Below are positions 27,440-36,296 of a stretch of 42,050 nucleotides of DNA, one piece after another (position 1 is the stretch's first letter; each line of letters begins with the position of its first letter). Under the pieces are notes generated by a model. It was not told the origin of the DNA. It searched no databases and was given only the letters and a program-made list of their open reading frames with translations. Made by a program: the position numbers and the translations under genes. Source of the stretch: a virus (lineage: Duplodnaviria > Caudoviricetes); IMG/VR virus record IMGVR_UViG_3300037515_000347, positions 1 to 42,050 of that record. One strand, given 5' to 3'.

Positions 27440-27636
27440 TCGCCGCCGTGCCGGACACCATCGGCGCCGCGCTCGCGGATGCCATCGCCTACCGCCTGAT
27501 GGTGCGCCGCTGGCATCGCGGGGTCGGGGCCTCGCTCCGCTGGACCGATGCCGAGCGCCAAAACATCGCCGCGCTGCGCGAGCTGCTCCGGGTCAGGAGC
27601 GCCGCCAAGCGACTGGCGAAGAGGGGGCGGCTGTGA
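27436..27636 (+). CDS. Hypothetical protein
   Basis: ATGA and GTGA coupling; SD ggaggg. Confidence 0.55.
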   Translation: MIAAVPDTIGAALADAIAYRLMVRRWHRGVGASLRWTDAERQNIAALRELLRVRSAAKRLAKRGRL

Positions 27637-28577
27637 CCACCGTCAACGTCGACCCGGAGACGGGCGAGATCCTGGACATCGACGGTGACCTCCCGCCGGA
27701 GCGGGCGCCGATCGTGGTGGAGGCCCGCGGACTCGCGGTGCCCACGACGCCGGACGCGATGATCGGGCTCGCCACGCAGATGGCGACCGCGCTCAAGGAC
27801 ATCGTTGAGCGCCAGCGGCTCTACGCCGTCATCCAGGGCAAGAAGTACCCGCAGGTGGAGGCGTGGGCCACCATCGGGCGGATGGACAACGTCGTGGCGC
27901 GTGAGGCCGACCGTCCGGTCCGCCACGAGGACGGCTCGTTCGAGGCGTTCGTGGAGCTGATCCGCCTCTCGGATGGCATGGTGGTGGGCCGCGCGTCCGC
28001 GCTCTGCGGGACGCCAGATGACAAGCCTTGGGCCAGCCGCCCCGAGTACGCGCGCCGGAGCATGGCCGTCACCCGCGCGACGTCGCGCGGCTTCCGGCAG
28101 CAGTACTCATGGATCATGGCGCTGGCGGGGTACGAGCCGACCCCGGCCGACGAGATGCCGCACGAGCCGGAGGCGCCGAAGACCCGAGAGACGCACCGTG
28201 AGCCGGTGGGCCCGGAGCAGCACGACGGCACCGTGGCGGTTGGCAAGCCGCCCGTTGACTGCGAACTCCGCGAGACGCCGACCGGGATGGCAACGGGGTT
28301 CAGCCTCCAGCTGGAGCGCGGGCGGATGCAGGTGCTCGCCTTCGACGACCTCGCGGCCGTCCTGCAACCCAACCTCGCCGGGCTGGTGGGCCAGACGGTG
28401 ACCGTGTGGGGGAAGGTGGAGGCCGTGCCCTGGGACAAGGACGGCAAGGCGATGCCGCCGTACCGGCGGATGGTGCTGGAGCGGATCCAGACCCCGGAGT
28501 GGACTCTGCCAGCCCAGGACGGGCTATCCAGCGAACAGGACCAGGCCGAGCTTGACGCAGCGGCGGAGGGCCGGTGA
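27633..28577 (+). CDS. Putative single-strand annealing/recombination protein with C-terminal OB-fold-like domain
   Basis: DPETGEI motif, SMAVTRATSR and TPADEMP resemble SSAP families; GQTVTVWGKV resembles an OB fold; acidic tail. Confidence 0.55.
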   Translation: MTTVNVDPETGEILDIDGDLPPERAPIVVEARGLAVPTTPDAMIGLATQMATALKDIVERQRLYAVIQGKKYPQVEAWATIGRMDNVVAREADRPVRHEDGSFEAFVELIRLSDGMVVGRASALCGTPDDKPWASRPEYARRSMAVTRATSRGFRQQYSWIMALAGYEPTPADEMPHEPEAPKTRETHREPVGPEQHDGTVAVGKPPVDCELRETPTGMATGFSLQLERGRMQVLAFDDLAAVLQPNLAGLVGQTVTVWGKVEAVPWDKDGKAMPPYRRMVLERIQTPEWTLPAQDGLSSEQDQAELDAAAEGR

Positions 28578-29098
28578 TGGGCGACTACTTCAAGGCGGCC
28601 CGGCCTGACGGGCGCGACTTTGCCACGGGCACCGTGGACTACGGCGCGGCGCTGGAGTCCGGTGAGACCCTGCGCCACCCGTCGAAGCGCAAGACGCGCA
28701 ACGACCCGAGCACCTACTTCTCCGTGAGCGTCGAGCCCGCCGACTGCACCGGCTTCATGTGGCCGTGCCGCCTGTTTCTGGTGGAGCCGGTCGGGCGAGT
28801 CACGGCGGCGGATGACCTGCCGAACAAGCGGTGCTGCTCGGCCCTGCGCGTGGTGAAGGAGCTGCCCGCGCACTTGGCCCTCGGCCCGAATGGCGAGGCC
28901 GTCGCCGCGTTCATCGAGCGCCTGCGAACCCTGACGCCGGAGCAGGTGAAGCAACTGGCTGCGGCGTGGTATGCGGCGCGGGATGCGGCGCGGGCTGCGG
29001 CGCGGGCTATCGTCGTCCGCGATCTCATCACACCAGAGCAGTACGCCGCGCTGACGCGGCCATTCGTGGACATCGGCCTCGGAGAGTGGGTGGCATGA
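28574..29098 (+). CDS. Hypothetical phage protein with AAxx tetrapeptide repeats
   Basis: LRVVKELP; 12-nt repeats encoding AAWYAARDAARAAAR. Confidence 0.7.
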   Translation: MMGDYFKAARPDGRDFATGTVDYGAALESGETLRHPSKRKTRNDPSTYFSVSVEPADCTGFMWPCRLFLVEPVGRVTAADDLPNKRCCSALRVVKELPAHLALGPNGEAVAAFIERLRTLTPEQVKQLAAAWYAARDAARAAARAIVVRDLITPEQYAALTRPFVDIGLGEWVA

Positions 29099-29469
29099 AG
29101 CCCCTCGACCGTCCGGGCCATCCGCCCGGTCTGACGGAACACGCGCTGGCCGACGCTGGCCGAAGCTCCGAGGGCTCGGGGCCGGTGGAGCGGGTGCGCC
29201 GCCTGCCGGTGACGCTGCCCTGCGTCGGCTGCCACCACGCGCCGGTCTGCTCCATCCGCCCGGGCTTGGAGGCGCTGGTTTTCACGGCACCTGAGCCGCC
29301 CCACGGGGCCATCCACATCACCCCCACCGTCAAGGTCACCTGCGACTACGCCCGAACGAAGCGAGGCGCGGAGATCGGGGCAAAGCTCAGGGCCGGGTGG
29401 ACGCCCGAGCGACGGGCCGCTCAAGCCGAGCGGCTCCGCGTCCAGCGCGAGAAGGCGAAGGACCTCTGA
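29095..29469 (+). CDS. Hypothetical Cys-containing protein
   Basis: ATGA coupling; CVGCHHAPVC; WTPERRAAQAER. Confidence 0.6.
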   Translation: MKPLDRPGHPPGLTEHALADAGRSSEGSGPVERVRRLPVTLPCVGCHHAPVCSIRPGLEALVFTAPEPPHGAIHITPTVKVTCDYARTKRGAEIGAKLRAGWTPERRAAQAERLRVQREKAKDL

Positions 29470-29654
29470 TGGGCATGCATCGCGTTGAGTGCGACGGACG
29501 GGACGACTGCCGCTGTCCGTGCTGGTGCCACCGGCGCTGCGGGATCCGCCTCCCCTGCGTCGGCGAGCCCTGCTACCGACTGGCCGGCCATCGGTGGGAC
29601 CACAAGTCGCGGTACGCGGTTGAGAACGCGCGTCATCGGCGGCAGCCGGCATGA
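29469..29654 (+). CDS. Small Cys/His-rich protein
   Basis: CRCPCWCHRRC...C..LAGH...H. Confidence 0.5.
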   Translation: MGMHRVECDGRDDCRCPCWCHRRCGIRLPCVGEPCYRLAGHRWDHKSRYAVENARHRRQPA

Positions 29655-29782
29655 GACACCTGCTCGGACCCTGCCGCTGCCAGGGCTGCGGCGCCTCCGT
29701 CTGGTATGACCGGGCGCTGGGCTGGTGTGATCGGTCCGGGGTCAGGCTGGTCCCGCATCGCTGTCAGGGAGCCGTGGCATGA
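29651..29782 (+). CDS. Small zinc-ribbon-like protein (43 aa, not in track)
   Basis: MRHLLGPCRCQGCGASVWY...PHRCQGAVA; ATGA overlaps at both ends. Confidence 0.55.
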   Translation: MRHLLGPCRCQGCGASVWYDRALGWCDRSGVRLVPHRCQGAVA

Positions 29783-30321
29783 GGATCCGCCAGGTCAAGC
29801 CGGCCTTCTGGGCAGACGCCAAGCTGGCCGAGCTGCCCGAGGCAACCCGCCTGTTCTACATCGGGCTCTGGATGCTGGCCGACGATGCCGGGTGGCTGCG
29901 CTGGAACGTGGTGGAGGCCGCGCACGAGCTGTACGGCTACGAAACACGGCGGAAGCGTGAGCAGCGGACCCAGGCCATGTACGAGGCGCTGGTAGCCGCC
30001 GAGCGAGTCCAGGCGTTCGACTGCGGGCACAGCTTCATCCCGAAGCTGACGGACCACCAGCACCTTTCCGGGTCCACCCGACGGGTCGAAACGGTCAAGA
30101 AAGAGCACCAATCCAAGTGCTTCCCGCAAACCCCCGCGCATCCCCGCGGAGACCCGCCGAGCCCCGCGCATCCCCGCTCTGGTAAGGAAAGGTTAGGTAA
30201 GGAAAGGGAACGGTCAGGTCAGGAAAGGTTAGGTAAGGGCGCGCCAGCGCGCCAAACAGAAGACGACGGAGCACGGACGTTGCCTCCGTTCGAGGACCTG
30301 GTGGCAGGGAGGAAGACGTGA
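29779..30321 (+). CDS. Phage replication initiator / replisome organiser (N-terminal HTH type)
   Basis: MRIRQVKPAFWAD...RLFYIGLWMLADDAG signature, followed by iteron-like repeats within the gene. Confidence 0.8.
   Translation: MRIRQVKPAFWADAKLAELPEATRLFYIGLWMLADDAGWLRWNVVEAAHELYGYETRRKREQRTQAMYEALVAAERVQAFDCGHSFIPKLTDHQHLSGSTRRVETVKKEHQSKCFPQTPAHPRGDPPSPAHPRSGKERLGKERERSGQERLGKGAPARQTEDDGARTLPPFEDLVAGRKT
30132..30239 (+). repeat. Probable replication origin: two ccccgcgcatccccgc direct repeats plus a purine-rich pentamer array (ggtaa/ggaaa/ggtta)
   Basis: Seen directly inside the initiator gene, as in lambda O-type origins. Confidence 0.65.
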
Positions 30322-30482
30322 AGTGCCAGGAGCCGCTGACCCGCGGCGGAACCTGCCCGAACGATGCGCTCTGGCAAGTGCGCCTCCCCTGGGACGTGCG
30401 CCAGGTCTGCCACGAGCACCTGCCGCGCTACCGGGTGAACCCCAAGGCTCAGATCACGCCGATCACGAGGCCGAAGCCGTGA
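30318..30482 (+). CDS. Small Cys/His protein (54 aa, not in track)
   Basis: MKCQEPLTRGGTCPND...VCHEH; GTGA overlaps at both ends. Confidence 0.55.
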   Translation: MKCQEPLTRGGTCPNDALWQVRLPWDVRQVCHEHLPRYRVNPKAQITPITRPKP

Positions 30483-30934
30483 CCACCCTCGATGACCTCG
30501 ACCTGATGGACGCCACCACCCCGGCCAACCACGGCGCGCAGCGCCGCCGGTGCAAGCACACGTTCGCCGCGACCGGCGAGTGCCTCTGGTGCGGCCATCA
30601 CCGCGACGGCGCGACGGCCAGACGCGGCCGGAATAACCGCAGCCGGGGCAACCGGGACGAGCTGACCGTCGCCCGGATCCTGGGCGGCTCCAAGGTGGGC
30701 GAGCTCGGCCTGCCGTGGGACGTGGTGGTGCCCGGCTACCTCCGGGTCCAGGCCAAGAAACTGGGCCGCTGGCCGTCCATCGCCCAGGTCACCGAATGGC
30801 TGGACGCCATCCCCGCCGAGCCGGAGCTGCGGGCCGTGGCGCTGGCCGATACCCCGGGCCCGGGTGGCCGGACGCGCCGGCTGCTGGTCGTGGACCTCGA
30901 GGAGTTCGCACGATGGCATGGGAGGACACGATGA
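30479..30934 (+). CDS. PD-(D/E)xK nuclease, Holliday-junction-resolvase-like, with N-terminal zinc finger
   Basis: RSRGNRDELTVA...WDV...VQAK; CKH...CLWCG. Confidence 0.6.
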   Translation: MTTLDDLDLMDATTPANHGAQRRRCKHTFAATGECLWCGHHRDGATARRGRNNRSRGNRDELTVARILGGSKVGELGLPWDVVVPGYLRVQAKKLGRWPSIAQVTEWLDAIPAEPELRAVALADTPGPGGRTRRLLVVDLEEFARWHGRTR

Positions 30935-31953
30935 CTGAACGAGACCGGCTGGCGGCGCTGCTGCCCGGCATCCTGGCAGAGATTGACGACGCCGGGAGCG
31001 TGGCCGACGACTGGATCGGCTCCCGGTACGTTGACGAGCTGGCCACCCGCCTCCTCGCCGCCGGAGTCCGGCTGGACGAACCCGCGCCGGGGCTGCGGGA
31101 CGCGCTGCGTCAAGCCCTGCATGAGCGCGACTTGGCACTTCAAGCCCGAGATGCACTCTGGGATCGGCAACAGATCGCCGCCACCCCCAGCGACGCCCGC
31201 GAGCAGCCCTGCCCGTGGTGCGGAGGAAGAGCGAGCGACTTCCCCGCCCTCCGTGCCGCCACAACGCCCGAGCCGACGCCGGAGGACACGATGACTGACC
31301 GCGAACGACTGGCGGCGCTGCCCTGTGGCTGGAGGTTGCCGGGTGGTGCTCGGTGTCTCGCGCCGCGGGAGCACGTCGTCCACGGCTCCGAGCGCGTGTG
31401 GACTGGCCCGGAGCCCAACCATGAGTACGAGCCGTTTGAGCGCCGCCAGGGTGGCGAGCGTCGTGCCGGAGTCCGGCTGGACGAACCCACCCCGCCACCG
31501 GATGCGCTGCGCCGGGCCGCTGCGGACCTGTACCGCCTCGCTGTCGGCGAACACGGCCACGACGAGACGCACTCGGCGGATTGGCCGGCTTGCCTCCCGG
31601 CCCACATCGCCATGAACCGCTACAGAGACGCCCTAGCCGCCGCCCCAGCCGAGCCGCCAACGCTGGACGTGGAGCGGCTGGCACGGGCGATGGCACGGTG
31701 CGCCGAGATTGGCGGCCCTGCCAACCACACCCCCGAGATGGCTGAGGAGCATTGGCCGTCCTACGTCATGGAGGCGACCGAATACGCGCGCGAGTACGGC
31801 GGAATGCCAGTGGCGCTTGATGTGGGACGGTTGGCGCTGGCGCTTGATCGGGTTCCGTTCGACTCTGAAATGACCCAGCACGATCTTGCCGCGTTCATCG
31901 CCGACGAGTACGCCCGCCTCGCCTCGGAGCGACGGTCGGAGCCGAGGAAGTGA
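30931..31953 (+). CDS. Modular hypothetical protein with internal duplications
   Basis: SD ggagg; MTERDRLAAL and MTDRERLAAL, AGVRLDEP twice, LDVERLARA and LDVGRLALA. Confidence 0.7.
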   Translation: MTERDRLAALLPGILAEIDDAGSVADDWIGSRYVDELATRLLAAGVRLDEPAPGLRDALRQALHERDLALQARDALWDRQQIAATPSDAREQPCPWCGGRASDFPALRAATTPEPTPEDTMTDRERLAALPCGWRLPGGARCLAPREHVVHGSERVWTGPEPNHEYEPFERRQGGERRAGVRLDEPTPPPDALRRAAADLYRLAVGEHGHDETHSADWPACLPAHIAMNRYRDALAAAPAEPPTLDVERLARAMARCAEIGGPANHTPEMAEEHWPSYVMEATEYAREYGGMPVALDVGRLALALDRVPFDSEMTQHDLAAFIADEYARLASERRSEPRK

Positions 31954-32312
31954 GCACGCACGCACTGGAGTTCAAGCGCGACGAGAACGGGCGGCCGCTC
32001 TGGCACAACCCGCTCCCGAACCATGACTTCGATCCGACCCGACCGTACCAGCCGAACAACAGCCCGTTCTCGACCTGCCAACTCTGCGGGGAGCCGTGGC
32101 CGTGTCCGGGTGTCATCGAACAGATGCAGCCGGTTGCGGTAACGGGCATCTGGCTTCGCAACGGCCAACAGGAAGACGAGATCGAGGTGCTTGCCGAGAT
32201 GGACGGCGTGTGGCGCACCGTCATTGTCGAGACGATGGGCGGCCTGCTGAGCCACATCGTGGAGCCGCAGGGAATGAGGCACGGCCGCCTCGCCTCGGAG
32301 CCCCGGCCATGA
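31950..32312 (+). CDS. Hypothetical protein with CxxC..WPC motif
   Basis: GTGA coupling; CQLCGEPWPC. Confidence 0.65.
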   Translation: MSTHALEFKRDENGRPLWHNPLPNHDFDPTRPYQPNNSPFSTCQLCGEPWPCPGVIEQMQPVAVTGIWLRNGQQEDEIEVLAEMDGVWRTVIVETMGGLLSHIVEPQGMRHGRLASEPRP

Positions 32313-32611
32313 CCCGCATCGCCTTCGCCCTCGCCGCACTGGCCGCCCTCGCCCTCGGCTGGCTGGCACGACGGCACCGGGAGCCGCCTAGCCGATGGTG
32401 GCTGCTGTGGAGCCTCTACGGGTTGCCGCGGTGCAGCATGAACCCCGACGCCGCCCTAGCAGGCGGTCCCTACGTCCACCACTGCTCACAGATCATCTGG
32501 CCGTGGCAGGAACGAAGGCTGCATGACGGCGTTCCGATCCATCTCGCTTGCCTCTACGACCCTGACGACAGCGTGCAGGGCGACAGCGGGCTGGTGGAGC
32601 GGCTGCGGTGA
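32309..32611 (+). CDS. Small membrane-anchored Cys/His protein
   Basis: N-terminal TM segment; C...C...HLAC. Confidence 0.55.
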   Translation: MTRIAFALAALAALALGWLARRHREPPSRWWLLWSLYGLPRCSMNPDAALAGGPYVHHCSQIIWPWQERRLHDGVPIHLACLYDPDDSVQGDSGLVERLR

Positions 32612-32654
32612 GCACGCGCGTTTACCTCGTCTCGCTGGCAAGGAGGACACGCCG

Positions 32655-32780
32655 ATGACCGCCCTCCTCTGGCGACTGCTCTACAGCCCCCTGGGCCAGC
32701 GCCTGCACCGTGCGATCAGACCCGACGGCCACCGTGGCGACTGCCCGATCTGCCGCTGGGCATGGCGGCACGTCCGATGA
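32655..32780 (+). CDS. Small hypothetical protein
   Basis: SD aggagg; HRGDCPIC. Confidence 0.5.
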   Translation: MTALLWRLLYSPLGQRLHRAIRPDGHRGDCPICRWAWRHVR

Positions 32781-32847
32781 CCCTCCAGACGATCCCCCTC
32801 GCCTTCTGGGCCGAGTCCCGCGAGGATGCCGAACGGCTGGTGCTGCG

Positions 32848-33417
32848 ATGAGCGCGGGTACCCGGGCCCCGTTGGCCGAAGCCGCCGTCGCCGCTCGGTC
32901 ATTGGTGGTCCGGCTGGCCGACGCCTGCGAGCGCATCTACGTTGCGGGCAGCATCCGGCGCGGCAAGGCGGACGTCGGCGACATCGAGCTGGTGGCCGTG
33001 CCTCGTTTCGCCGAAGTCCCTGATGGCATGTTTGAGACACGGCTGGCCAATCTGCTGACGGAGCGCGTGGACTCGCTGCTCCAGGCTGGCGTCCTCGGCC
33101 CGCACCCGACCGACCCTAAGCGCGGCGAGAAGTACTCCAAGCTGGTCCACCTGCCGAGCGGGCTCCAGGTCGACCTGTTCTCGGCCCGGCCCGAGACGTT
33201 CGGGATCATCTACCTGATCCGGACCGGCCCGGCGGACTACTCCCAGCGGTTCGTCACGGACCTCCACAAGCGCGGCCTGCACGTTGCCGGGGGCGAGTTG
33301 CACCTCGGTGGCCTGGGCTGCGTCATTCAGGGTTGCGAGGTCGTCCCGGCGCCCGAGGAGGCCGACGTTTACGCGGCGGCCGGCTGGCCGTTCATCTGGC
33401 CGGCGGACCGGGCGTGA
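32848..33417 (+). CDS. Minimal family-X DNA polymerase / Pol-beta nucleotidyltransferase
   Basis: VAGSIRRGKADVGDIELV, QVDLF, TGPADY and EEADVY...W motifs; about 189 aa. Confidence 0.85.
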   Translation: MSAGTRAPLAEAAVAARSLVVRLADACERIYVAGSIRRGKADVGDIELVAVPRFAEVPDGMFETRLANLLTERVDSLLQAGVLGPHPTDPKRGEKYSKLVHLPSGLQVDLFSARPETFGIIYLIRTGPADYSQRFVTDLHKRGLHVAGGELHLGGLGCVIQGCEVVPAPEEADVYAAAGWPFIWPADRA

Positions 33418-33480
33418 CGTGGCGCACGCCGCCGGAGCAGGAGGGGCTGGGGCTGGAGCACCAATGAGAGGGAGGGGCAG

Positions 33481-34875
33481 ATGGACTACGGGGCGTTTCT
33501 GGATCGGAAGACGCAGTGGGACGGCGACAGCGGCTTTGCGCCGTTGTGGATGCCGGACTTCCTGTTCGACTTCCAGGCTGCCATGACGGAGTGGGCCATT
33601 CGCAAGGGCCGGGCCGCCCTGTTCGCGGACTGCGGACTTGGCAAGACGCCGATGCAACTGGTCTGGGCCGAGAACGTGGTTCGTCACACCAATCGTCCGG
33701 TCCTGATCGTGACACCGCTGGCTGTGTCATGGCAGACGGTCGAGGAGGCCGCCAAGTTCGGCCTGGAGGCGGTCTACTCCAAGGACGGCAAGCCGCACGG
33801 CGACTTGACCGTCACCAACTACGACCGTCTGCACCTGTTCGACCGCGACGATTACGCCGGGATCGTGTGTGACGAGTCGAGTGCCATCAAGAGCTTCGCC
33901 GGCGTGCATCGCCAGCTGGTGACCGACTTCGCCCGGAAGATGCAGTACCGGCTGCTCTGCACGGCGACCGCCGCGCCGAACGACTACATCGAACTCGGCA
34001 CGTCAAGCGAGGCGCTGGGCTACCTCGGCCACATGGACATGCTCTCTAGGTGGTTCAAGGATGAGGGCAACGCTGTTCGATTGCGACGCCCCGGCCGATG
34101 GAACACGGAACGCGAAGACGACGGGAGGCTCAAGCAGAAGGGATGGCGGTTCAAGGGCCACGCCGAGGATCCGTTCTGGCGCTGGGTCTGCTCGTGGGCT
34201 CGGGCAGCTCGCCGCCCGTCCGACATGGGCTTCGATGATGATGGCTTCGTGCTGCCACCCCTGAGCCATCGGCTGCACGTCGTGGAGGCCCGGCGCAAGC
34301 CCGAGGGGACGCTGTTCGACTTTCCGGCCCTGGGGCTCCAAGAGGAGAGGGAAGAGCAGAGACGGACGATCGCCGAGCGATGCGAACAGGTGGCCGGGCT
34401 GGTCACGACGGACGACTCAGCGGTCGCGTGGTGCCATCTCAACGCCGAGGGGGACCTGCTGGCGCGGCTGATCCCGGACGCCGTGCAGGTCAAGGGCGGG
34501 GACAGCGTCGATGCCAAAGAGGAGGCGTTCCACGCCTTCTCCAAGGGGGAGGTGCGAGTGCTGGTTACAAAGCCGAAGATCGGCGCCTGGGGCCTGAACT
34601 GGCAGCATTGCGCACACATGACCTTCTTCCCCAGCCATTCCTACGAGCAGTACTACCAAGCCGTGCGGCGATCATGGCGGTTCGGCCAGAAGCGTCCGGT
34701 GACGGTGGACATCGTGGCGACGGAGGGCGGGCGCAACGCGCTTGACAATCTCCAACGGAAGGCCGACCAGGCGGACAAGATGTTCGACCGATTGGTCGCG
34801 CACATGAACGAGGCGCTGGCCGTGGCCCGGTCGGTTGACCACACGAAGCAGATGGGAGTCCCGGCATGGCTGTGA
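33481..34875 (+). CDS. SNF2-like SF2 helicase/ATPase
   Basis: DCGLGKT (Walker A), VCDESS (Walker B), TATAAPN, GLNWQ and QAVRRSWRFGQ motifs. Confidence 0.92.
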   Translation: MDYGAFLDRKTQWDGDSGFAPLWMPDFLFDFQAAMTEWAIRKGRAALFADCGLGKTPMQLVWAENVVRHTNRPVLIVTPLAVSWQTVEEAAKFGLEAVYSKDGKPHGDLTVTNYDRLHLFDRDDYAGIVCDESSAIKSFAGVHRQLVTDFARKMQYRLLCTATAAPNDYIELGTSSEALGYLGHMDMLSRWFKDEGNAVRLRRPGRWNTEREDDGRLKQKGWRFKGHAEDPFWRWVCSWARAARRPSDMGFDDDGFVLPPLSHRLHVVEARRKPEGTLFDFPALGLQEEREEQRRTIAERCEQVAGLVTTDDSAVAWCHLNAEGDLLARLIPDAVQVKGGDSVDAKEEAFHAFSKGEVRVLVTKPKIGAWGLNWQHCAHMTFFPSHSYEQYYQAVRRSWRFGQKRPVTVDIVATEGGRNALDNLQRKADQADKMFDRLVAHMNEALAVARSVDHTKQMGVPAWL

Positions 34876-35864
34876 TCGACCAGCTCATCACCGATCGATA
34901 CGCAATCTACAGCGGCGACTGCATGGAGGTCATGCCCGGACTGCCGGATGGGTCGATCCATCTGTCGATCTATTCGCCGCCGTTCGCCGGCCTGTACATC
35001 TACTCGTCGTCCGAGCGCGACCTGTCCAACTCGGGCGGCTACGATGAGTTCATGGCGCATTACGAGTACGTGGTGGCCGAGTTGCACCGGCTCACGATGC
35101 CCGGACGGGTGTCGGCGGTCCACTGCATGGACGTGCCGAACTCCAACACCGGCAAGGGCGACTCGCTGCGCGACTTCCCGGGTGACATCATCAGGATGCA
35201 CAACCGGCTTGGCTGGGACTACGTTGCCCGCTACCACGTCTGGAAGGAGCCGCTGACCGTCCGCAACCGGACGATGACCAAGGCGCTCGCGCATAAGACC
35301 ATCGTTGACGACTCGTCCCGCTGCCAGGCGGCCGGCGCGGACTATCTGCTCATGTTCCGCAAGCGCGGCGAGAACCCGGTGCCGATCGCGCATCCCCATG
35401 GCCTGGACGAGTATGCCGGCGCGCGCCAGATCCCCCACGAGCTGCTCAGGTACCGCAGCTGGGCCGGCAACCAGATCGAGAACCGGTATTCGCATTGGAT
35501 CTGGAGACAGTACGCTTCAGCCTTCTGGGATGATGTCCGGCTGGACCGCGTTCTGCCGTTCAGGCAGTCGCGCGACGAGGAGGATGAGAGGCACGTCCAT
35601 CCGCTCCAGCTGGACGTGATCGATCGGGCGCTCGTCCTGTGGAGCAACCCGGGCGAGAACGTCCTGACGCCGTTCATGGGCGTCGGCTCCGAGGTGTACG
35701 CGGCCGTCAAGGCTGGCCGGCGCGGCATCGGCGTGGAGCTGAAGCCGTCGTACTACCGGCAGTCGGTCAAGAACCTCGCCAGCCTGGATGACGACTCGGG
35801 CGAGCAGGTGACGCTCGGTGAACTGCTGGACGATCCGATCGAGGCTGGGGCCGGATTGGCATGA
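34866..35864 (+). CDS. DNA methyltransferase, beta class (N4-C/N6-A; SPPF suggests m4C)
   Basis: GDCME, IYSPPF catalytic motif, HVHPLQ and VLTPFMGVGSE SAM-binding motif. Confidence 0.92.
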   Translation: MAVIDQLITDRYAIYSGDCMEVMPGLPDGSIHLSIYSPPFAGLYIYSSSERDLSNSGGYDEFMAHYEYVVAELHRLTMPGRVSAVHCMDVPNSNTGKGDSLRDFPGDIIRMHNRLGWDYVARYHVWKEPLTVRNRTMTKALAHKTIVDDSSRCQAAGADYLLMFRKRGENPVPIAHPHGLDEYAGARQIPHELLRYRSWAGNQIENRYSHWIWRQYASAFWDDVRLDRVLPFRQSRDEEDERHVHPLQLDVIDRALVLWSNPGENVLTPFMGVGSEVYAAVKAGRRGIGVELKPSYYRQSVKNLASLDDDSGEQVTLGELLDDPIEAGAGLA

Positions 35865-36043
35865 GCCCCGCCGTGCAGCGCGCGCTCCAGGTCCGCTCCG
35901 AGGTGGACACGGACGCCGAGGCGGCCCAGCGGCTGAGCATCTCCATCCACACCATCCGCGCCTACCTCAAGTCTGCGCGGGAGTTCTACGGGGTCCACTC
36001 GACCCAGAGGGCCATCAGGCTGTTCAGGGTGCGCCGGGCCTAG
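35861..36043 (+). CDS. Small LuxR/sigma-region-4-like HTH regulator
   Basis: DAEAAQRLSISIHTIRAYLKSAREFYGVHS. Confidence 0.78.
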   Translation: MSPAVQRALQVRSEVDTDAEAAQRLSISIHTIRAYLKSAREFYGVHSTQRAIRLFRVRRA

Positions 36044-36296
36044 GCGCCGATACCTAGAGACGAAGGCGCCGAAACCCCAACATCTAGGGTTCCCACCCGG
36101 CGAAACCTGTGGTTTGCTGGGAACCGTGCTGGATTCTGTCACGGCCCGGTCTGCCCTCGCCCCTGCCCCTCCCTCGGGGCGAGGGGGCCGGCAAGTCTAC
36201 TGGCAAGCTGCAGTTTTCCCGAGCTTGCCCGGCCGCCGGGGAGCCGTGCAATCCCCGGCCATCCACCCAGCGCGGTGCATCGCCGATGGCGATTAG

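Noticed and set aside
28960-29010. 12-nt tandem repeats as a CRISPR or regulatory array
   Set aside because: There are no spacers; they simply encode an AAxx tetrapeptide repeat inside a CDS.
30921-31500. Repeat pairs as a diversity-generating retroelement TR/VR
   Set aside because: No reverse transcriptase is present, the repeats are short, and the differences are not adenine-specific.
36044-36296. tRNA or known riboswitch in the structured intergenic region
   Set aside because: No T-loop/D-loop consensus or recognisable aptamer motif was seen; reported only as an unclassified structured region.
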